The notes beneath the pieces are model-generated. The model was not told where the DNA came from. It saw nothing but the letters and a program-made list of their open reading frames with translations, and made no database searches. A DNA stretch of 64,000 bases from Clostridia bacterium (GTDB lineage Bacteria > CBDUZB01 > JAGLHV01): positions 1 to 64,000 of the forward strand of contig DAOVVV010000007.1 of NCBI GenBank assembly GCA_030637025.1. Reading direction: 5' to 3'. Both the position numbers and the translations under genes were made by a program. Positions 57,701 to 64,000 of this stretch are shown piece after piece. How positions within the stretch are numbered: the stretch's first letter is position 1; each line of letters begins with the position of its first letter.

Positions 57701-58509
57701 AGAAAACAGGAGGAAGGTGCCGTTTGGGAGTAGATCCTTTAGGGGGTACCAATCCTGCTTCATCCGATGTAGAATGGGTTGAGGGAAATCAACAGCGTAA
57801 TTGGGCACAATTGGTCTGGCGGGTGACAGCAAAAAAACGGGCTATTACTGTTTTTCTTGAAGTAGTCGGTGAAACACAGAATACAGCTGCTTATTTTGAC
57901 GATGTTGTTTTAAGTCCTTATCCCTGTCCGTTAAAAGAGCCGGAAACGATAGAACAACCCGAGCCGGAATTACGGGAAATATGTGTTAATTGGGCGGAGG
58001 AGAAAAAAGGTGGGGAAGTGGGTACTGTTTATGAAAAAAACGGTTTTATTTTTAAATCTGCCAATCAGGAACAATTACGCATTATAATATGGGGTTCGCC
58101 GGAGGGTGAGGGTAAGTTAGTTCTTCCTCAAGATGGGATGGATGTTTTATTACCTTTTGTAGCTGATGGCGTTATTGCTCATGTCGGATTGTATACCCAG
58201 CGGCCGATTACCTTAAAAGCTCTGGATGCAGAAGGTAATACCTTAGAAGAAGTAACTACGCCTGCTGCTCAGGGGGAAGCTTATACTCTGGAAATAAATA
58301 CAGCGGGGATTGCATCTCTTTTCTTTTCCGGAGGAGGCGGTGAAGGTTTGTTGCTTAATCTGTGTATTTCTGAGGGAACAGGAGAGAAAAAGGGCCCGCT
58401 CAAAAAAATTGAAGATGTTAAGAAAGAATTGAGTCGGGTTGCAGAGAAAATAGGTGCTAAACTAGAAAGAAAAAGGATGAAGATAAAGAAGAAAAATAAA
58501 AGAAAATAG
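54778..58509 (+). CDS. Large multi-domain protein: unknown N-terminal half, hydrophobic helix, 3 PKD domains, CBM-like domain, C-terminal beta-sandwich
   Basis: No signal peptide; WWAWLIAVLGFIFGLIIGIIMIVVTVVV helix; WDFGD/WNFGD and NVPPxVDAG PKD motifs; NRDFE...GIYQQV jelly-roll. Confidence 0.8.
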   Translation: MPNTRGFEVVAEVIVSVLTEILKAAWDNGGTNDPGSIPHEVVIEEGLMFGTYRITSGQVSIPQEGLSLNMAPADNGVTVRLATGIQVDLDPTTIPVPSLSQFNMTADIDITAPFGIIPETEFNVGVIFEGLPRDKVVVALTSGDPIEPISDTLIAEYIHNLYEQNGDTFPHTLTLEDQSWGAFTFDAFVEFFDDLSDPARRITVQRPDSNHVAVSIPIHLRLNDINCSYTTVLSPMGVTARIVLTAPYQQSSDLITATLSAAVVTVEDLAPASGIEGTNYNLNKAGAAALGIDLDQLFETEITQRGTVLAQSMGDIEVQYPTVAQIEQFIGDHVYHELLNRRYIGAWTPETPEDSPVEIREVRPKALSDALAIGINPGTGADENLLINFVPSDQSFAIALDADFVNQTIRDIIDTPEPDGFGGVPKHFDNIEGHEAQLESLNWALQSGVIHFWGDVTVYDVFCKADAECSFWADIKLKWNPPDGSGAQVLEPYLHDDDVDLPWWAWLIAVLGFIFGLIIGIIMIVVTVVVERVAERIGGAVMEDEVAGQLQVLGAWPQQLQGIGNIISTFQEAVGIDSEGLLFSGSILVIATYGLTLTDPACAGGPYFCFAGGPSIDFFAGPGNPKIDYHWNFWGGITALGHHVTHKYNDNGLYIVRLTSTVNEPGGAITHNSVLVHAENVPPVVDAGEDKVINEGEEVLFSGKFTDQEWPDTHEAIWDFGDDSLPVEGMITQTNNPPQAEGVVTASHAFCDQGEYTVILRMRDDNGGVSEDTLKVTVLNVPPTVDAGEDMFAYICTPITLVGRFFDPGWCDQHTGSWNFGDCTPTHPAIIREKNEPPMGTGIVVATHTYNRCGIYWVECVVIDDDGGVGRDVITVRVVNILNRDFEAGFRNRTVGTVANHWEPYSVSASTHTLGMVEAIDVGAALFSAEEFVVHGGQRSQKIEGVGKFSAGIYQQVGANSNWDYQVSVWYHIDEKTGGRCRLGVDPLGGTNPASSDVEWVEGNQQRNWAQLVWRVTAKKRAITVFLEVVGETQNTAAYFDDVVLSPYPCPLKEPETIEQPEPELREICVNWAEEKKGGEVGTVYEKNGFIFKSANQEQLRIIIWGSPEGEGKLVLPQDGMDVLLPFVADGVIAHVGLYTQRPITLKALDAEGNTLEEVTTPAAQGEAYTLEINTAGIASLFFSGGGGEGLLLNLCISEGTGEKKGPLKKIEDVKKELSRVAEKIGAKLERKRMKIKKKNKRK

Positions 58510-58548
58510 ATTTAAAGAAATAAAATTTATCGTTGGAAAGGAGAAATT

Positions 58549-59286
58549 ATGCCTGAAGAAAGAATAGTTAAAATTGTTGCCTGGCCCAAAGAGCCGGCAA
58601 AACTGGAGCATCGTTTTAATAGCGAAAAACCCTGTCCGGTTTCTATTTCTTTTGAAAAGACTCCGGCTAATGTAATCGTTCGTTCTAACCCCAAAGAGCC
58701 ATTCAATGTAGATATGGCCATGAATGTTATAGCAAAGGAAACAATTCCGGTATGTATTAAATTATGTGAACCAATCTGTGTAAAAAGCAAATATGCTATT
58801 GCTATTGATATTTTTGATCGTCCGGTAGCCAATATTGCTTTGCAGGGAGAGACCAGAATATTTAATTGTCGTGAAGGGGATAATAATGTTAGACCGGTTT
58901 GTGTTGATTTTAATAAGTTAAAAGAGGGAATGGAATTTACGGAAGCATTTACCCATCAAGAATTTAAGTTTACTCCGCTGGGAGACAAATTACGGACGGT
59001 AAATTTCGGAGAGCCGGCCGGCCGGGTAAAATTAGCTTTTCCGCCGGAAGGTATCCGTATAGATCTTCCGCAGGAAGCAAATCAGGTAAAACTTACAGTT
59101 AATAATTATGCCGGTCAGACCCTTGATTTTTTTGTTTACACCGGAAGCACGTTGGCTAACCAATTTTCCCAGGACATTGTAAATGAAGTAAAAGAAATTT
59201 TTATTTCCCGCTCCGGAGTTACGGCAATAGAGATTAAAGGGGGAAGAAATGAATCAGCAGTAGTGGAGGTTTGTTTTTCTTTATAA
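58549..59286 (+). CDS. Two-domain hypothetical protein
   Basis: N-domain is paralogous to 59381..59725; C-domain resembles the last domain of 54778..58509; RBS aggag. Confidence 0.85.
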   Translation: MPEERIVKIVAWPKEPAKLEHRFNSEKPCPVSISFEKTPANVIVRSNPKEPFNVDMAMNVIAKETIPVCIKLCEPICVKSKYAIAIDIFDRPVANIALQGETRIFNCREGDNNVRPVCVDFNKLKEGMEFTEAFTHQEFKFTPLGDKLRTVNFGEPAGRVKLAFPPEGIRIDLPQEANQVKLTVNNYAGQTLDFFVYTGSTLANQFSQDIVNEVKEIFISRSGVTAIEIKGGRNESAVVEVCFSL

Positions 59287-59380
59287 ACTTTATGGAATAA
59301 TATTGAGTATGGGATAAAAGATTGATTTTTTTTTAAAAATAAATTAGAATAAAACAGTTATTATTAAAAGAGGAAAATAT

Positions 59381-59725
59381 ATGGCTGAAGAAAGAATAGT
59401 TAAAATTACAGCCTGGCCCAAAGAGCCGGTAAAACTGGAACATTATTTTAATAGTGAAAAACCCTGTCCGGTTTCTATTTCTTTTGAAAAAAACCCGGCC
59501 AATGTAATCGTTCACTCTAATCCCAAAGAACCATTTAATGTAGATATGGCTATGAATCTTATAGCAAAGGAAACTATTCCTGTCTGTATTAAATTATGTG
59601 AACCGATTTGTGTTAAAAGTAAGTATGCAATTACCGTTGATATTTTTGATCGTCCGGTAGCAACCATTACCCTCAAGGGGGAAACCAGATTATATAATTG
59701 TCAGGAGGAGAGAGATGTTGAATAA
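59381..59725 (+). CDS. Beta-rich Cys-containing hypothetical protein, paralog of the 58549 N-domain
   Basis: 15 aa differences over about 109 aa by manual alignment; many DNA differences are synonymous. Confidence 0.85.
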   Translation: MAEERIVKITAWPKEPVKLEHYFNSEKPCPVSISFEKNPANVIVHSNPKEPFNVDMAMNLIAKETIPVCIKLCEPICVKSKYAITVDIFDRPVATITLKGETRLYNCQEERDVE

Positions 59726-60503
59726 AAGTAAAAAAATGCCGAAAAGTAAATTAAATGAGTCCGGAGGAGATTCAACAGCAAAGTTTCAAACAAGCGGTTT
59801 GGGTTCTAAAAAAGGAAACAAAGAGTGGAAAGGAACAGGTGCCGGAGAAAAAAAGAAAATAAGCAAGGATGTAATTAAAGGATTGGCCAATGCTACTTCC
59901 CGTGTAGTTCAGCAGGCTGCTTCCATTTTGGAAGAAGAAGTCGCTGCCGGTATTGTTGCGGCAAAACAGGTAGAAGACCGTTTGATTAATGTAAAGGACC
60001 TTCGTTCCGGTAAACCGGATGAAGTAATACACCGCTTTCGGCGTGACGCACACGAGGTAATGGATATTTTTATTGATTTAGCTCATGCTGCCAGTAAATA
60101 TGTCGGGGGGCTTGCTCAACGGGTGGTTACTATCCGGGGCTCAGAAAGAAAAGAAAAATCAGAATATACGGCTTCCGGGCAATTACCTACGCTTAAAACC
60201 AATAAAGCAATGAAACCGGGTGAAGTGGCTAAAATCCCGATGGATTTAGAAAATAACAGTGATAAAATAATGGATAAATTTAGTTTTCACAGTACCGATT
60301 TAGTAGATGCTTCCGGGAAAAGGATTGCAGCTGAAAGGATAACCTTTACTCCTTCCGCACTTTCTCTGGCTCCATATAAAACCCAAAAGGTATTGGTAGC
60401 AGTTAATATTCCTGCCAAAACTTCCGCAGGTATTTATTCCGGTTTAATCCGGGCGACAAAGATGGATCAGTTACAGGCGATATTGGTAATTCAAGTCGAT
60501 TGA
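59715..60503 (+). CDS. Hypothetical protein: amphipathic helical N-domain plus C-terminal Ig-like domain
   Basis: VVQQAASILEEEVAAGIVAAK helices; LENNS...ITFTPSALSL...IPAKTSAGIYSG Ig-like strands; overlaps the previous stop. Confidence 0.8.
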   Translation: MLNKSKKMPKSKLNESGGDSTAKFQTSGLGSKKGNKEWKGTGAGEKKKISKDVIKGLANATSRVVQQAASILEEEVAAGIVAAKQVEDRLINVKDLRSGKPDEVIHRFRRDAHEVMDIFIDLAHAASKYVGGLAQRVVTIRGSERKEKSEYTASGQLPTLKTNKAMKPGEVAKIPMDLENNSDKIMDKFSFHSTDLVDASGKRIAAERITFTPSALSLAPYKTQKVLVAVNIPAKTSAGIYSGLIRATKMDQLQAILVIQVD

Positions 60504-60544
60504 TTTTGGTGTAATTAAGGGAGAATGATTAAGGAGTTTTATTT

Positions 60545-61585
60545 ATGCCCGGGGTTAATCGTTTTGAATTAGTGGAAACAGCTTTAAAATATTATAAAGA
60601 TATTACTATGGAAACTCTTTTGACTTTTTTACCGTCAAAAGAGCCCAGGAAGTACCTTTATGATTTAATTCCATCTTATCCTATGCGTCCGGGAAAAGGT
60701 TTACGCCCGGGGTTATGTATGGCTACCTGTGAAGCTTTTGGAGGAAATGTCCGCAATGCTCTTAGGTCGGCTGTAGCTATTGAATTGTTTCATAATGCTT
60801 TTTTAATTCATGATGATGTGGAAGATGGAAGTGAATACCGGCGGGGCGAGAAGACCTTACATGCTAAATACGGGATGGAAATTGCCGTGAATGCCGGTGA
60901 TGCAATGAATGTTCTCAGCATTCGTCCTTTAATGGAAAATCTTACCTTTCTCGGTCCGGAGTTAACCTGGCAGATTTTTACCGAAATTGAACATATGGTG
61001 CGGCAATCAGTTGAAGGACAGGCGATGGAGTTGGGTTGGGTACACGATAATATTTGTGATTTAACCGAAGAGGATTATTTGCGTACAACCCTTAAGAAGA
61101 CCTGCTGGTATACCAGTATTCATCCCTGTAGAATAGGTGCTTTGATTGCTAAAGGGGGAGAAATAAATTTAGATTCTTTTAATCATTTTGGTTTTTATAT
61201 GGGAGCAGCTTTTCAGATTCAGGATGATGTTCTTAATCTTGTAGGTCAGCGTAAAAAATACGGCAAGGAAATCGGAGGGGATATCTGGGAAGGAAAGCGA
61301 ACCGTAATGCTTATTCATTTGCTGAATAATTGCACTAAAAGAGAAAAAGAAAAAATCACAATGTTTTTGTCCCTGCCCCGTAAGCAGCGGTTACCTAAAG
61401 AAGTTAAGTGGGTTTATTCTTTGATGACCGAATATGGTAGTATCGAGTTTGCCCGCAAAAATGCCCGCCAACTGGCTGGAGCGGCTTTACGAGAATTTTT
61501 CGTAGCCTATGGAAGTTTACCTGACAGCCGGGCTAAACAATTTATTTATGATATTGTGTTATATATGGTGGAGAGGGATCTTTAA
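60545..61585 (+). CDS. Polyprenyl diphosphate synthase (trans-isoprenyl diphosphate synthase family)
   Basis: GKGLRP, first Asp-rich motif HDDVED plus RRG, GQAME, KT, second motif QIQDDVLN, GGDIWEGKRT. Confidence 0.93.
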   Translation: MPGVNRFELVETALKYYKDITMETLLTFLPSKEPRKYLYDLIPSYPMRPGKGLRPGLCMATCEAFGGNVRNALRSAVAIELFHNAFLIHDDVEDGSEYRRGEKTLHAKYGMEIAVNAGDAMNVLSIRPLMENLTFLGPELTWQIFTEIEHMVRQSVEGQAMELGWVHDNICDLTEEDYLRTTLKKTCWYTSIHPCRIGALIAKGGEINLDSFNHFGFYMGAAFQIQDDVLNLVGQRKKYGKEIGGDIWEGKRTVMLIHLLNNCTKREKEKITMFLSLPRKQRLPKEVKWVYSLMTEYGSIEFARKNARQLAGAALREFFVAYGSLPDSRAKQFIYDIVLYMVERDL

Positions 61586-61591
61586 ATTTTA

Positions 61592-62419
61592 TTATCTTTT
61601 CTGCTGCATCATCTGTTGCATCATTTCCTGCATATTAGGCATATTGGGCATAGAACTTCCTTTTGTTGTTACCTTATCCGGATCAAACAAATCATTAGAT
61701 AATTCCTGGTTTAGTTTTAAAGATTGCACTACTAAAGTAGACATAAGTTGCTTATCATAATATACATTGGTTTTATAAGGCATTTCCCATATACTTTTTA
61801 TTTTCTTAAAATCAGAGTTTATTATGGATAATACTCTTTCTTTTTTTTCCTGTCCTTGTGCTTTAATTAACAGTAGATTCTTTTTTTCTATCCATATTTT
61901 GGTGAAAGAAAAGGAATCATTAGGTTTAAACTCAATTACATAACAGTTATGTTTGCCGATTTTTTCACTGCCGGTAATTTTTGCTTTTGTTGGTAATTGG
62001 TCGTACCAGTTTGTACCTATTTGATAATTTTTTTGTTCTTTCGGGGGAATTTTTTTCTTGCCCATAAAAGGTGAAATTACCCACTCGTTCCGGCCATCAA
62101 AAATAAAAATTGTTTTCATTTGTTTCATTTTCCCCGTAGTTTCTGCGTCAGAGGGTGTAGGTATGCTGGTTTCTATACGGTACTTTTTGCCTTTTCTATA
62201 TACTTTGTTTTTTGAGATTACCTGGTTTTTGCCCTGCTGGATTTGCATTTCCTGAACAATAGTTATATCTTTTACTTCTTTTTTAAAGGAAGCATCTTTT
62301 TCCTTTAATTTTTTATGAATGCTTGACCATTCTGCAGTAAAACCCTGATTGATTCCTAAGGTTAGAGTTAAAAATGCCGTTAGCAATACAATTTTTAACC
62401 CATTGAATTTTTTTGTCAT
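61592..62419 (-). CDS. LolA-like outer-membrane lipoprotein-sorting/carrier protein
   Basis: Signal peptide; KYRIE, IFDG, CYVIEF, KIWIE, LNQELSNDLFDP; Met/Gln-rich tail. Confidence 0.75.
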   Translation of the reverse strand: MTKKFNGLKIVLLTAFLTLTLGINQGFTAEWSSIHKKLKEKDASFKKEVKDITIVQEMQIQQGKNQVISKNKVYRKGKKYRIETSIPTPSDAETTGKMKQMKTIFIFDGRNEWVISPFMGKKKIPPKEQKNYQIGTNWYDQLPTKAKITGSEKIGKHNCYVIEFKPNDSFSFTKIWIEKKNLLLIKAQGQEKKERVLSIINSDFKKIKSIWEMPYKTNVYYDKQLMSTLVVQSLKLNQELSNDLFDPDKVTTKGSSMPNMPNMQEMMQQMMQQKR

Positions 62420-62497
62420 TTTGTTTTCCTTTTAATACTTTTAGTAATGTCAAAAATATCTGACATTTAGTTTATAATTTGTATTCTCGTCGTCCTT

Positions 62498-62528
62498 CCC
62501 CCTTTGAAAAAGGGGGTTGGGGGGATTT
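62498..62528. repeat. Dispersed palindromic repeat, copy 3
   Basis: ccccctttgaaaaagggggttggggggattt. Confidence 0.8.
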
Positions 62529-62796
62529 TATTTACATTCTTTTCTTTTACTGTCCGATAAATCACATTCATAACAAAATCCAGTTTCTGCAAAACTTGTA
62601 GATTGTTAAAACGTAATATATATATAATCCCTCTTTAATTAAATATACTATATTAATTACTCATCAACAATTTTACCACTGTTAAAAAATAAAGTCAATG
62701 TATTTAGTGCATGTTTTTTATTGACTTGACCGATAATAAATGTTAATATAATTTTAGGTTTAGTAAATAAATTAATGAATGTAATGGGGGGAAGGA

Positions 62797-63393
62797 ATGA
62801 GGAAAAGTAAGATTTCAACCGGTTTAATCTGGATTGTTTCGGGAGTATTATTGGTAATGGGGTTGGTTGTAGTTAATGGTTGTGGTAGAAAAAAAGAAGA
62901 ACTGATAGAAGAGGGAACCAGAGAAAATACTGCTGAAATAATTCCGTTGGAAGAAGGTGGGAAAAAGATGATAGTTACCAAGGGCGATAAAGTCAAAATA
63001 GAATACATAGGAAGTTTTGAAGACGGAACTATTTTTGACCGGTCAAAAGAAGGAAGTCCCTTAGTATTTGAAGTAGGAAGCAGGAGAATAATACCCGGAC
63101 TTGAACGGGGGGTGAAGGGGATGAAATTGAATGAAGAAAAAAAAATAGAGATAAATGTAAATGATGCTTATGGCCCCAGAAGAGAAGACATAGTTAGAAG
63201 TATGCCCAGAACTTCTTTTCCCCCGGACCTCCAGGTAGAAAAAGGAAAGGTGCTGCGGTTAAAAGATAAAGAAGGAAGATTAATAATGGGGAAGATACTG
63301 GAGATAAAAGGAGATGATTTAGTGGTTGATTTTAATCATCCTTTAGCCGGTAAAAATCTTGTGTTTGAAGTTAAAGTTGTTGGTATTGAATGA
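62797..63393 (+). CDS. SlyD-like FKBP peptidyl-prolyl isomerase with an N-terminal lipoprotein signal
   Basis: VVNGC lipobox; GDKVKIEY, DGTIFD, IIPGLE, AYG, DFNHPLAGKNL. Confidence 0.9.
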   Translation: MRKSKISTGLIWIVSGVLLVMGLVVVNGCGRKKEELIEEGTRENTAEIIPLEEGGKKMIVTKGDKVKIEYIGSFEDGTIFDRSKEGSPLVFEVGSRRIIPGLERGVKGMKLNEEKKIEINVNDAYGPRREDIVRSMPRTSFPPDLQVEKGKVLRLKDKEGRLIMGKILEIKGDDLVVDFNHPLAGKNLVFEVKVVGIE

Positions 63394-63508
63394 TTGTGCA
63401 GGGAAAATGATGGAAATATAAATAATAAATATTGAATAAGAAGAAAAGATATTTATTTATTGAAAAATAAGTTTAAAAACGGCTGGAAAGAAAAGGAGGG
63501 GATAAACC

Positions 63509-63796
63509 ATGGATATTTATATAGGTAATTTGCCTAAAGAAATTACTGAAGAAGATTTACAAAAAACTTTTGAACCTTTTGGAGAAGTAGAAATAATTAG
63601 TATTATTAAAGATAAACTAACCGGTAAATCAAAAGGATTTGGTTTTGTGGAGATGTCCAGTAGAGCAGAAGGGCAAGTCGCGATTAAATCTATGAACGGT
63701 AAAAAGTTAAAAAAACGGAAACTTATAGTAAGAGAGGTTCTTAACCGTTCCGGGGAGCGTAGAAAAAGCAGTAATGGAAGGCGGCATTTGTTGTAA
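63509..63796 (+). CDS. RRM (RNP-1) RNA-binding protein
   Basis: IYIGNL RNP2 and KGFGFVEM RNP1. Confidence 0.93.
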   Translation: MDIYIGNLPKEITEEDLQKTFEPFGEVEIISIIKDKLTGKSKGFGFVEMSSRAEGQVAIKSMNGKKLKKRKLIVREVLNRSGERRKSSNGRRHLL

Positions 63797-64000
63797 ATGA
63801 ATATAGGCGATAAAGTAAAAATAAAAATAGAAAAAATAGTTTTAGGAGGAGACGGGTTAGGACACATTGGACGTTTAGTTGTTTTTGTGCCTTATACCTG
63901 TCCGGGTGATGAAGTTTTAGTTGAAATTACTAAATTAAAGTCAAATTATTCAAGCGGAAAGATAGTAGAAATTATTAACCCTTCCAATGAAAGAGAAGTT
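63797..64000 (+). CDS. rlmD: 23S rRNA m5U methyltransferase RlmD family, TRAM N-terminus (partial, runs off the window)
   Basis: Hand translation MNIGDKVKIKIEKIVLGGDGLGHIGRLVVFVPYTCPGDEVLVEI...IINPSNERE. Confidence 0.75.
   Translation, partial: MNIGDKVKIKIEKIVLGGDGLGHIGRLVVFVPYTCPGDEVLVEITKLKSNYSSGKIVEIINPSNEREV

Noticed and set aside
58549..59725. Possible diversity-generating retroelement template/variable repeat pair
   Set aside because: Differences are not adenine-specific (many C/T third-position changes), both copies are intact ORFs, and there is no reverse transcriptase in the window.
588..63867. Many short ORFs in the track that are antisense to or nested in long genes (e.g. 13152..13463, 35745..36290, 42378..42767, 44895..45368, 58527..58832, 63517..63867)
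   Set aside because: They overlap well-supported genes on the opposite strand or in another frame and have no recognisable motifs, so they are shadow ORFs.
1..64000. tRNA, rRNA, integrase or transposase genes
   Set aside because: None were recognised. Island boundaries are inferred from gene content and repeats only.

Overview
This is an AT-rich bacterial chromosome segment from a diderm (LPS heptose genes, a secretin, a PorV/PorQ-like barrel, a LolA-like protein); I cannot assign the lineage. (1) 0.5-18.9 kb is housekeeping: aroCKBQ-peptidase-efp-accBC-gmhA-rfaE2-thiE, purA, purB, rplU-rpmA-obgE-proB, an epimerase and folD. (2) 19-29 kb is a surface/adhesion island. It has two GEMM-I (c-di-GMP-I fold) ON-type riboswitches, both with the A20 variant linked to 3',3'-cGAMP sensing, and one of them carries a 39-nt two-hairpin insertion. 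It also encodes a PorV/PorQ-TPR protein, two proteins with T9SS-like C-terminal domains (one a 5'-truncated remnant), a stand-alone MshEN mini-protein and a partial Tad/Flp pilus cluster. (3) 29-33 kb holds a TIGR03960/TIGR03936 radical SAM fusion and rng. (4) 33.4-53.8 kb is a divergent signalling island: a degenerate REC-GGDEF protein, a hybrid kinase, a pseudokinase, REC-HPt, a PilB/GspE ATPase flanked by two intact receiver domains, Cys3His-type pilins, duplicated Cache-HAMP-PAS kinases and a FIST protein. (5) 54.1-61.6 kb is a six-gene operon I cannot match to any described system. It encodes a stand-alone DNA polymerase I thumb-like protein, a 1243-aa protein with a hydrophobic helix and PKD domains, two paralogous beta-rich proteins that share domains with it and each other, a helical+Ig protein and a polyprenyl synthase. 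(6) The window ends with LolA-like, lipoprotein FKBP and RRM genes and the start of rlmD. The best novel-system candidates are the 54-61.6 kb operon, the REC-PilB-REC phosphorelay pilus locus and the A20 riboswitch/MshEN island. All family assignments come from motif recognition by eye; no searches were run.
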